From contig CAVYLP010000006.1 in assembly GCA_963769425.1 (NCBI GenBank), positions 736,001 through 800,000 of the forward strand: DNA of 64,000 nt, read 5' to 3'. Under the pieces are notes generated by a model. That model did not search any database, was not told the DNA's origin, and saw only the letters and a program-made list of their open reading frames with translations. Positions 48,137-56,523 of the stretch are shown piece by piece. Source of the stretch: Candidatus Bathyarchaeota archaeon. Its GTDB lineage: Archaea > Thermoproteota > Bathyarchaeia > TCS64. The stretch's first letter is position 1, and the number at the start of each line of letters is the position of its first letter. The position numbers and the translations under genes were made by a program.

Positions 48137-49005
48137 AACAACTCACAGGATTCGATCTGTTGCGTCCACCAACCCTAGTCGGCGCGCTTGAGATGATGTC
48201 TGCCCTAGACGACGCTATGCCGATCGCAGGTGGCACGGATATCGTGCCCGCCTTCCGAGACCTAGGCCCGAAGTCCGTCCACCTCATCGACCTCGGCCTC
48301 ATCGAGGAACTCAACGGCATCGAGGAGGAGGACGGCAGGATACTCATCGGCCCGACGACGACCCACGCCCAGATACTGGCGTCGAAGCTAGTAGAGGAGG
48401 CGGCGCCTGCACTCCACGACGCTGCACGATGGATCGGGAGTGTCCAGATCAGGAACAGGGGCACCATCGGTGGGAACCTATGCAACGCGTCGCCAGCGGC
48501 AGACTCGGCTCCGCCGCTCCTCGTACACGACGCGGAGGCGCATATCTGCAGCCTCGAAGAGGGGCACTGGATACCTCTCCAGGAGCTTTTCAAGGGGCCG
48601 AAGATGACGGTTCTGGAGAAGAACGAGATACTCGGAGGCCTCAGGTTCCCCGCGGTGAAGGGGGCTGGGAGCAGCTTCCAGCGCATAGGAAGGCGTAAGG
48701 GGTTCACACTGAGCGTCGTGAACGCCGCGGTCTACGCGGAGCGGGACGGCGACAAGCTTAAGGAGGTAAGAATAGCCCTCGGCAGCGTCGCCCCGACCCC
48801 CCTACGTGCGCCAGCAGTCGAAAACAAGATCAGGGGAAATAAGATGAGTGAGGATTTAATCGAGGAAGCGGCGGCCGCCTCCGTCGAAGTAGCGAAACCT
48901 ATAGACGACGTAAGGGGCACCGCCGAGTACCGCAGGGACATGGTGGGCGTGCTCGTCAAGCGCGCCATGCGCGAGGCGTGGCGGCGCACCGGAGGTGAGC
49001 TCTGA
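48130..49005 (+). CDS. Xanthine dehydrogenase family FAD-binding subunit (cluster 1)
   Basis: IAGGTD, QIRNRGTIGGN, ASPAAD and PIDDVRGTAEYR. Confidence 0.93.
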   Translation: MLKQLTGFDLLRPPTLVGALEMMSALDDAMPIAGGTDIVPAFRDLGPKSVHLIDLGLIEELNGIEEEDGRILIGPTTTHAQILASKLVEEAAPALHDAARWIGSVQIRNRGTIGGNLCNASPAADSAPPLLVHDAEAHICSLEEGHWIPLQELFKGPKMTVLEKNEILGGLRFPAVKGAGSSFQRIGRRKGFTLSVVNAAVYAERDGDKLKEVRIALGSVAPTPLRAPAVENKIRGNKMSEDLIEEAAAASVEVAKPIDDVRGTAEYRRDMVGVLVKRAMREAWRRTGGEL

Positions 49006-49470
49006 TGGTTAACTTCGAGCTCAACGGCGCCGACGTCACCGTCGAGGCGCCAGCGACGATGACTCTCCTCGACATGCTCCGCGTCGAGCTAGGCGTGAAG
49101 AGCGTGAAGAAGGGCTGCGAGCAGGGTGAGTGCGGGGCCTGCACAGTGCTGATCGACGGCTACCCTATGACTTCGTGCATAATCCTCGCCCCCCAGGTCG
49201 AGGGGCGCCATGTCTGCACCGTCGAGGGGCTCGTCGATAGCCCGTTGATGAAGGAGCTTCGGGAGGCCTTCATGGAGAACGGCGCCGTCCAGTGCGGCTT
49301 CTGCACACCGGGAATGCTGTCTGAGCGCATATGCGCTACTCAGCGAGAACAGGCACCCCACCGAGGAGGAGGTCAAGACGGCAATAGAGGGGAATATCTG
49401 CCGATGCACGGGGTACGTCGCTATTCTCGAGGCGATTCTCGACGCGGCTGAGCGCATAGCCCCCGACTAA
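49005..49470 (+). CDS. Xanthine dehydrogenase family 2x[2Fe-2S] subunit (cluster 1); +1 frameshift near 49320
   Basis: GCEQGECGAC and QCGFCTPG; the shifted frame continues LSAYALL...GNICRCTGY...stop at 49470. Confidence 0.88.
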
Positions 49471-51566
49471 GCTCTATTTTTCTCTACCTGTACGAAGACG
49501 GTGTGCGTCCGCGAGGCCCTGCTGGGCATCGTCGGCTCCGTGGAGCTAAGCACGTTCGGGGCACCGCTCGTCTCGACTCCGTCCTCGTCGAATGTGGGCC
49601 ACGCGCCCACCTGTAGGCAGACAACACGGCGGGCGATATCCTCTGTGACCATTGCAGAGACCCTGACCCTCCCCTGTTGGTTATAGATGATCACGGTGTC
49701 TCCGTCAGAGATGCCTCTGGCTGAGGCGTCCCCGGGATTGATCCAGAGCGCATGCCTCTCACGCTCCCTGAAGAAGGGGATGTTCCAGTTCTCGCTGTGG
49801 ACGCGGTAGCGTGACTTGGGGGAGATGAGGTAAAGAGGGTACTCGATTGGGGGGAGGGTGGCCCTGCACGTGGGGATCGCTGGGTAGCCGGTCTTAGCGT
49901 AGGCGTCTGAGTGTATCTGGACGAGGCTAGATGGGGTCTTCAGCGGGTTCGCCTTCGGGTCGGCGATGAAGGTTGAGAGGGCGACGCGGTGCTGGTCGGC
50001 GCCGAAGTATATGCCCTTCACCTTGAACTCGGCGGCGTCGGGGACCTCTGACTCGGCGATGAACTTGTCGAGCCACTCCTCCTCTGTACGCCCCTCGGAG
50101 TAGGCGGGGAGGAAGCCGAGCCTCTCCGCGAGCAGGCAGAATATCTCGTAGTCAGTCTTCGCCTCCCCCGGGGGTTCAGCGACCTTGTGGCTGTACATGA
50201 CGTGGTTTCCACCGTCTGCGATGACGATGTCGTTCCGCTCTAGGAACATAGCGGCGGGCAGGACCACATCGCAGTATTTTGCGGTGGGTGTGAGGAAGAA
50301 GTCGTGGCAGACTGAAAACTCGACAGAGTTGAAGGCACGCATGACTTTGTGGGTATCGGCGGCCGTGGAGAGGTAGTTGCCGCCGACGTTGTAGATGGCC
50401 TTGATGTCTGTAGGGTAGCCACCCCGCTTTCCCTCGAGGACGGCGTCAGCCCACTTGTAAGCGGTGACAGAGGCGTTGGCTGGGTTATCGAGGGCTGGGA
50501 GTGTGCCCATACGTGGCGAGGGGAGAGTGCCCCAGGTGAGTGCGCCGCTTGAGCCCCCCTCTACGCCAAGGTTACCCGTCGCGACCTGCAGGGCGATCGA
50601 CATGCGTATCGCCTCCTCGCCGCCGAGGGTTCTCTGTATGCTGAGGCCGGGGATTATTGCGGTGGGGTGACTGTTCCCGTATCTCCGGGCGAGGTCCCTG
50701 ATCTCCGAGGCGGGTGTCCCGCATATGCTCTCGGCCCACTTCGGCGTCTTCGGTACGCCGTCGTCTCGCCCGAGGACGTGGGCGACGAGCTCGTCGAATC
50801 CGTAGCTGTACTTCTCCACGAAGGCACGGTTGACCATCCCCTCGGTTGCAAGCACGTTTAGGATCGCCATCATCATCGCCGAGTCGGTGCCCGGGTTGAT
50901 GGGTACCCATTTTGTAGCTAGAGTCTTCGCGGTTAGGGTTCTTCGTGGGTCGATGAAGACCACCTCTACGTCCCGGGCCTTCGCCTCCCTGACGTGGGCT
51001 TCTAGGGCTCCCTCGAGGCGGGCCTCAGCGATGTTCGCTCCCCAGAGGATGATCATCTTGGAGCTTCGTAGTGTGCCTGCGTCGATGCCCGCGGCCTTGG
51101 TGCCGAGAACGAAGGGTGTTGTATACTTCCCAGCTGCGCTGCTATAGCCGTCGATGATGTCCGTGTATCCGCCGAGCAGGGCGAGGAACCTGCGCGTTAT
51201 GTTAACGGTCTCATAGAGTGCGCCGGTGGAGGTGCCAGCGCTGCCGAACCGGAATATCGAACCAGCACCGTACCTCTCCTTGATCTCGGTTAGCCTCCGG
51301 GCCACGAGGTCAAGGACCTCCCCCCACTCGACTTCCCTGAATTCGTCCGAGCCTCTGGAACCGGTGCGGATGAGTGGCTTCACCAGCCTATCAGGTGCGT
51401 AGAGGATGCGTGTCATCTGGAGACCCTTTATGCAGCCCGCCATGTGGGGGTCGCCGTTTGGGTTGTTCGTGATCCTGACCACCTTTCCGTCATCTACGTG
51501 GGCTAGCAGCGGACAGCCTCCTCCGCAGTCAAGCGGGCAGGCCACAGGAAGCGTCCTCTCAACCAT
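49467..51566 (-). CDS. DMSO-reductase-family molybdopterin oxidoreductase catalytic subunit (cytoplasmic, stand-alone)
   Basis: CPLDCGGGC...C N-terminal cluster, PGTD, DVVLPA and RVHS; no Tat signal. Confidence 0.9.
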   Translation of the reverse strand: MVERTLPVACPLDCGGGCPLLAHVDDGKVVRITNNPNGDPHMAGCIKGLQMTRILYAPDRLVKPLIRTGSRGSDEFREVEWGEVLDLVARRLTEIKERYGAGSIFRFGSAGTSTGALYETVNITRRFLALLGGYTDIIDGYSSAAGKYTTPFVLGTKAAGIDAGTLRSSKMIILWGANIAEARLEGALEAHVREAKARDVEVVFIDPRRTLTAKTLATKWVPINPGTDSAMMMAILNVLATEGMVNRAFVEKYSYGFDELVAHVLGRDDGVPKTPKWAESICGTPASEIRDLARRYGNSHPTAIIPGLSIQRTLGGEEAIRMSIALQVATGNLGVEGGSSGALTWGTLPSPRMGTLPALDNPANASVTAYKWADAVLEGKRGGYPTDIKAIYNVGGNYLSTAADTHKVMRAFNSVEFSVCHDFFLTPTAKYCDVVLPAAMFLERNDIVIADGGNHVMYSHKVAEPPGEAKTDYEIFCLLAERLGFLPAYSEGRTEEEWLDKFIAESEVPDAAEFKVKGIYFGADQHRVALSTFIADPKANPLKTPSSLVQIHSDAYAKTGYPAIPTCRATLPPIEYPLYLISPKSRYRVHSENWNIPFFRERERHALWINPGDASARGISDGDTVIIYNQQGRVRVSAMVTEDIARRVVCLQVGAWPTFDEDGVETSGAPNVLSSTEPTMPSRASRTHTVFVQVEKNRA

Positions 51567-51655
51567 GTCGAATCGCTCGAAGTGTTTTGATTGCTCAGTA
51601 CGCGCTTATTGAAATTGTTTGCGGCGTCGCTTGATGGGCAGGGCTTATCTCTCCT

Positions 51656-52045
51656 ATGGTTCAATGGAGGAGCATGGTTGAAAGCAGTTTCTGGTGGCAC
51701 CTCGACCGCCTCGTCGCGGAGAGCCGCGTCATAGTCGATAATCCCCATGGGACACACGATGGCGACTCATCCACGGTCGTTTACCCGGTCGACTACGGTT
51801 ATTTAGAAGGCACCTCCTCGATGGACGGTGATGGCATTGACGTCTTCGTCGGCTCTGACCCCAAACAGAAGATCGACGCAATCGTCTGTACGGTTGACCT
51901 CGTGAAGAGGGACTCGGAGATCAAGGTGCTCATCGGCTGTATGGAGGAAGAGAAGCTGGCGATCGAGAGATTGTACGAGGCCTTCCCACCAATGCACGGG
52001 TTGCTCGTGAGACGTCAACCACAGCATCTTCACAGTGGTTTTTAG
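51656..52045 (+). CDS. Short inorganic-pyrophosphatase-like protein
   Basis: YPVDYGYL and DGDGIDV. Confidence 0.8.
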   Translation: MVQWRSMVESSFWWHLDRLVAESRVIVDNPHGTHDGDSSTVVYPVDYGYLEGTSSMDGDGIDVFVGSDPKQKIDAIVCTVDLVKRDSEIKVLIGCMEEEKLAIERLYEAFPPMHGLLVRRQPQHLHSGF

Positions 52046-52068
52046 CTTCCGGAGTCGAAGGCCTGATC

Positions 52069-52629
52069 ATGAGCTACCCTAAGGGTGTCCTCCGAGAGAT
52101 TGAGAGGCAGGCTTCGAGGAGGTGGCTCCCAATAATCGGCGCGGAGAAGGCCGGGATAGTGGCTAGAGTAGTCGAAGAGGTGAATCCGAAGCGGGCGTTG
52201 GAGGTCGGTACAAACATCGGGTACTCGGCGATCGTGATCGCGAGCCATATGTTGGAGGGCTCGCACCTGACGACGATCGAGGTAGACAGGGCGCACTCCC
52301 GTGAGGCTGAGGCGAACATAAAGAAGGCAGGCCTCTCGGAGAGAGTTAGCGTCCTCGTCGGTGACGCCCTCGAGCTCATCCCATCCATCGATAGCCCAAT
52401 CGACCTCGCCTTCGTTGACGCCGAGAAGGACGAGTACGGGAGATACCTCGCCCTCATGGAGCCGAAGCTCCGCCCCGGCAGTGTGATAATAGCCGACAAC
52501 GTTGGCGCGTTCCCCCGCGCCATGGCGGACTACCTTGACAGGGTCTGCCGATCGGGTCTGTACGAGAGCAGGTACATCTCGGTCGGCTGGGACGGCCTCG
52601 AGGTGAGCCGGAGGCTCCCAGCAGCGTGA
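52069..52629 (+). CDS. SAM-dependent O-methyltransferase
   Basis: LEVGTNIGYSA, FVDAEK and IIADN. Confidence 0.9.
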   Translation: MSYPKGVLREIERQASRRWLPIIGAEKAGIVARVVEEVNPKRALEVGTNIGYSAIVIASHMLEGSHLTTIEVDRAHSREAEANIKKAGLSERVSVLVGDALELIPSIDSPIDLAFVDAEKDEYGRYLALMEPKLRPGSVIIADNVGAFPRAMADYLDRVCRSGLYESRYISVGWDGLEVSRRLPAA

Positions 52630-52664
52630 CCGCTTATTAATGGGTTCGAGGATCGTTTGAGGGG

Positions 52665-53444
52665 ATGAGCGACCCGGAGATATTCAGCCGAGCCGGCGAG
52701 TTCCTCGCCAGGGGGCAGAGCGTCGTGCTCTGTACACTGATATTCAAAGAGGGCTCGGGGCCACGTGAACCCGGGTCAAAGATGCTTGTGACACCTGATG
52801 GGGAGGCCCTGGGCACAATAGGGGGTGGTGGGATGGAGAGGCTCATCGTCGCGCAGGCGCTCGAGGCGCTCGCGGAGAATAAGCCCCGGACACTGCACTT
52901 CGCCATGGGGATACCGCCACGCGAGGGGATGATCGCCATAGACTCGAAGTGCGGGGGGGAGGTCAAGATATTCATGGATGTTGTGAAGCCTGAGCCACGG
53001 CTCATAATCATGGGATCGGGCTGGATAGCCCAGGCCACGGCCCGCTACGCGAAGGACTGCGGATTCGGGATAATCATAGTCGATGACGCGGCAACAGCGA
53101 AGCAGGAGTACTTCCCGGGGATGACGGTTGTCAACGGTAAATATCCCGAGTCTCTCGCCGGGGTGGAGATTCGCTCATCCGACTTCGTCGCCATCCTCCA
53201 TGGTGAAACGCCCTTCGAGCTTGCCGCCCTCCGCCACGCCGCAAAGGCGAAGCCCGCCTACATTGGCCTCCTCGGTAGCGGCAACAAAGCGAAGAAGCAT
53301 AAGGAGCAGCTAAAGTCGGAGGGCGTAGACGCGAAGGCGCTCGACGCTATGTACGCACCCATCGGCCTCGACATAAACGCCGAGACCCCAGAGGAGATAG
53401 GCGTGAGCATCGTCGCTGAGATGATAAAGAGGAAGCGTGGCTAG
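52665..53444 (+). CDS. xdhC: XdhC/CoxI family Moco chaperone
   Basis: GSGPREPGSKM, GTIGGG, CGG, YIGLLGS and PIGLDINAETPEEI. Confidence 0.92.
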   Translation: MSDPEIFSRAGEFLARGQSVVLCTLIFKEGSGPREPGSKMLVTPDGEALGTIGGGGMERLIVAQALEALAENKPRTLHFAMGIPPREGMIAIDSKCGGEVKIFMDVVKPEPRLIIMGSGWIAQATARYAKDCGFGIIIVDDAATAKQEYFPGMTVVNGKYPESLAGVEIRSSDFVAILHGETPFELAALRHAAKAKPAYIGLLGSGNKAKKHKEQLKSEGVDAKALDAMYAPIGLDINAETPEEIGVSIVAEMIKRKRG

Positions 53445-53878
53445 CGGAGCAGGGACAGGTTCCCCACTAGCTTGTTAACACGCTTCTTAGGCCCATAAAG
53501 GGCGACTCCGAGGTACTTCAAATCCTCATAGGGCGTTACGGCGAGCTTCCCCAAGTAGTCCTCGTATCGTACCTCCCTCTGCGCCGTCTCCGTAAAGTCG
53601 ACGACAAGCAGCTCGCCGAACTTCATCGCCTTCTCCCTGATCGCCTTGATGGTGTCGGCGTCAGCGGAGAGTATTGGTAGGGGGACGTTTAGTATGCCTG
53701 TGTGGTTCTCCCCCGAGGCGTCGATGACGTCCGGCCCGATTATCCTCTCGATCCTCCTGCCGAGTGTGGCTCCGAGGAGCCCGGCGGTGTTCAAACTGAG
53801 CCCGAGAGGGAGTCCGGAGTCTATGACCATGACGCACTTCGTGGACTCGTCGGTGACCCCGTTCGGTGTGGCGTCCAT
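53441..53878 (-). CDS. DUF2000-like protein
   Basis: KCVMVID...LN, GPDVIDASG.H.G and GVALYGPKKRVNKLVGNLSLLR. Confidence 0.78.
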   Translation of the reverse strand: MDATPNGVTDESTKCVMVIDSGLPLGLSLNTAGLLGATLGRRIERIIGPDVIDASGENHTGILNVPLPILSADADTIKAIREKAMKFGELLVVDFTETAQREVRYEDYLGKLAVTPYEDLKYLGVALYGPKKRVNKLVGNLSLLR

Positions 53879-54187
53879 GCTGTTAAGGAGAAAAAAAAAT
53901 AATTATACCTATTGTTAAATTTTTAACAAGATGGTCACCGTACCCCACATAGTCAGGAGACTCATGAGGAGAGGTCGTTCCTGCAGGAGTGCATGAACAT
54001 CGTTTCCCCATAAGTGGTAACCACTAATAAGGTGTTTCCGTGGAGACGCCTTCACACCGATGAATGAACACATACAAACCGAGTTACGCCTTCAATTAAA
54101 CGGCGTCCACCCAACCCGTTCTCTATTCACATCGTTCAATGAACCGCGATCCACTCCCTTCAATGAATGTTAAAGACCCCCGGAATG

Positions 54188-54228
54188 CAACGGTTTTCAA
54201 CGGATATTCAACGGTTTTTAACACGTTT
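54188..54228. repeat. Short tandem repeat CAACGG(T/A)4-5 x3 plus a degenerate fourth copy, ~10.5-bp period
   Basis: CAACGG at 54188, 54198 and 54209; TAACAC at 54219. Confidence 0.6.
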
Positions 54229-54578
54229 CAGATGACTCCGGCGACGCGTCCCCGACGACGCCGCTATATATACTGAATATATTGAACAGGATCTCGATGA
54301 AAGAAGGGTCTATTTGGTGCCTTGTTTGGGCTAATGGTATTTGGGACCATTTTAGGCCGTCTGTTATCAATTTAGGGACAAAGCAGCGCTTACAACATAC
54401 TCTTCTACCTCATCCAGTCCCGCAGATTCATGAAGACAAAGACCTGAATTGGACGATAGAAAAAAGGGTGTACCCCTGATATCCGTGTAAACGGATCCTT
54501 CCGTCAAACCAGTATGAAAAATGGCTTCTTTTCCATAACCGTTCTACATGCAAAGAGCATTTATTCTCTATAATCTCG

Positions 54579-55160
54579 CTACTTCTCGAACAGGCGCTTG
54601 ACGCGCTCGAAGTCGGCGGGGGTGTCAAAGTCGGCCGTGCTCCACTCGCCCCCCTCGACGTTAACATGTGCACACAAATGCGTGTCGACGACCTCCTTGA
54701 TAGTCCCAGTCAAAGCGAGTATCTCCCCGAAGAGGCTCGACCTGAAGAGGACTGGGTGCCCCCCCTTTCCGTCGTGGATGGGGCTGACTATGAGTGCGCT
54801 GGGGATATCCTCCATTGCAGCGATCAGCCTCCGGAGGAGTTCGGGTCTGAGCCCGAGCTGGTCGCCGAGGACTAGGAAGGCCGCGTCGACATCGCTTATC
54901 GTTCTGAGGCCGGCCTGGAAGCTGGTGGTCATCCCCTTCTCGTGGTCGGGGTTATGGGCGATGCGAACGCCGTGGGATGAGGCTATTACCCTAATCGGCT
55001 CAGGGCTGTTTCCTGTCACGACGACGACTTCGTCGACCGCCTGCATCAGTGCATCAAGTAACCTGTCGAGGACGGTTCTACCCCCGACCTCCAGGAGGAG
55101 CTTGTTCGCGCCCATCCGGCTGCTCTTGCCTGCGGCGAGGACGACGGCCCCGGTCCTCAA
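54579..55160 (-). CDS. mocA: Molybdenum cofactor cytidylyltransferase-like nucleotidyltransferase
   Basis: VLAAGKSSRMG, LGDQ, HPVLF and DFDTPAD; at the end of an xdh-like operon; TTG 55160. Confidence 0.85.
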   Translation of the reverse strand: MRTGAVVLAAGKSSRMGANKLLLEVGGRTVLDRLLDALMQAVDEVVVVTGNSPEPIRVIASSHGVRIAHNPDHEKGMTTSFQAGLRTISDVDAAFLVLGDQLGLRPELLRRLIAAMEDIPSALIVSPIHDGKGGHPVLFRSSLFGEILALTGTIKEVVDTHLCAHVNVEGGEWSTADFDTPADFERVKRLFEK

Positions 55161-55630
55161 CCGGGTCCCTTCATCTTCGCTGCGGCGGACTGAACCGCCT
55201 TCACGATGTTGACATAGCCGGTGCAGCGGCACATGTTACCCTTGAGGTACTCCCTGATCTCCGTTTCCGTGGGCTGGGGCTTCTCACTGAGTAGGGCCTT
55301 CGTGGACATGACGAAGCCGGGCGTGCAGAAGCCGCACTGGACAGCGCCTTCCTCCAAGTAAGCCTCTTGTATCGGGTGGAGGCTGTCGTACTCGCCGAGT
55401 CCCTCGATGGTCTCGACGTTTCTCCCGTCGGCATCGACGGCTAGGATCATGCAAGCGAGGACAGACTCGCCATCGAGGAGGACGGTGCATGCGCCGCATT
55501 CGCCAACGCCGCAACCATACTTGGCTCCGGTTAGCATCATGTTTTCACGGATTAGATTGAGGAGCAGTGTGTTGGGCTCGACGTTGAAGCCCCTTGACTT
55601 ACCATTAATCCTAACTGTGATCTTCATCAC
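55157..55630 (-). CDS. Xanthine dehydrogenase family 2x[2Fe-2S] subunit (cluster 2)
   Basis: GCGVGECGAC, QCGFCTPG and NMCRCTGY. Confidence 0.94.
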   Translation of the reverse strand: MMKITVRINGKSRGFNVEPNTLLLNLIRENMMLTGAKYGCGVGECGACTVLLDGESVLACMILAVDADGRNVETIEGLGEYDSLHPIQEAYLEEGAVQCGFCTPGFVMSTKALLSEKPQPTETEIREYLKGNMCRCTGYVNIVKAVQSAAAKMKGPG

Positions 55631-56523
55631 TTATCCCTCCTTGAGTCTTCGAGGATTCTGGTAAGTGCCTCCATGGCGAGGCCTTTCGAGGCGAAGCGCC
55701 TGTACTCGCCTGTGCCCCTGATGTCTGTTATGGGCTTGATGCTCTCACTGACGAGTCTCCCTGCCTCCTCAATGGTCTCGACAGACAGCTTCTTCTTAGT
55801 GAGTTGCTGCTCGACGTTCCTGAGCCTAAGCGGTGTGGGAGCGACCGCTCCCATTACTACCCTGATGCTTTCTGCCGTCTCCTTCTTCATCTTGGCGTTG
55901 ACGGCTATGCTGACGGTTGCGAGGTCGAGGCTTGTCCTGCCGAGCTTTATGAAGGCACCTCGGGTCCCCGCCTCCGGGTAGGGGAGGGTGAGGCTTGCTA
56001 GGAACTCCCCCCTGCCGAGTACAGTCCTGCCGGGGCCGGTAAAGAAGCTCTCGAGTTCTATGTTCCTCTCCCCAGATGGTCCAGTTATGTTCGCTTTCGC
56101 ATCCAGTGCGATTAAGGCCTGGGCGCTGTCTGCGGCCGGGGACGCGTTGCAAAGGTTCCCACCGACCGTCGCCATATTCCTGATCTGGACAGAGCCGATG
56201 GCCGAGACCGCTTCGTGTAGGAGGGGGAGCTTCTCTGTGACTATGATGCTGCGCTCGATGTCGCGGAGCCGGGTGAGGGCTCCGATCCTGATCTGCTCTG
56301 CCTCCTCTCGGACGCCTGAGAGCTCAGGTATGTGTTTGAGGTTGACGACGTGGCGGGGCTTGAGGAGCGCCTGCTTCATCTTGGGGATGAGGTCGGTGCC
56401 CCCGGCGAGGATCGCTACCTCCACGCCATGCTCGTCAAGGAGCTTGACTGCCTCGGCGACGCTCGCTGGCGCGTGGTACTGGAAGCCGTGTAGGATGTGG
56501 GTGTCGTGCGTGTTGATGCTCAT
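55627..56523 (-). CDS. Xanthine dehydrogenase family FAD-binding subunit (cluster 2)
   Basis: LAGGTDL, QIRNMATVGGN, ASPAAD and PITDIRG. Confidence 0.93.
   Translation of the reverse strand: MSINTHDTHILHGFQYHAPASVAEAVKLLDEHGVEVAILAGGTDLIPKMKQALLKPRHVVNLKHIPELSGVREEAEQIRIGALTRLRDIERSIIVTEKLPLLHEAVSAIGSVQIRNMATVGGNLCNASPAADSAQALIALDAKANITGPSGERNIELESFFTGPGRTVLGRGEFLASLTLPYPEAGTRGAFIKLGRTSLDLATVSIAVNAKMKKETAESIRVVMGAVAPTPLRLRNVEQQLTKKKLSVETIEEAGRLVSESIKPITDIRGTGEYRRFASKGLAMEALTRILEDSRRDK

Noticed and set aside
49300-49330. Programmed frameshift in the 2Fe-2S subunit
   Set aside because: No slippery heptamer or stimulatory structure; similar one-base indels recur across the window.
54034-54047. 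ORB-like GTTTCCGTGGAGAC (replication origin)
   Set aside because: Spacing differs from the ORB consensus, it is single copy, and there is no G-string or cdc6 nearby.
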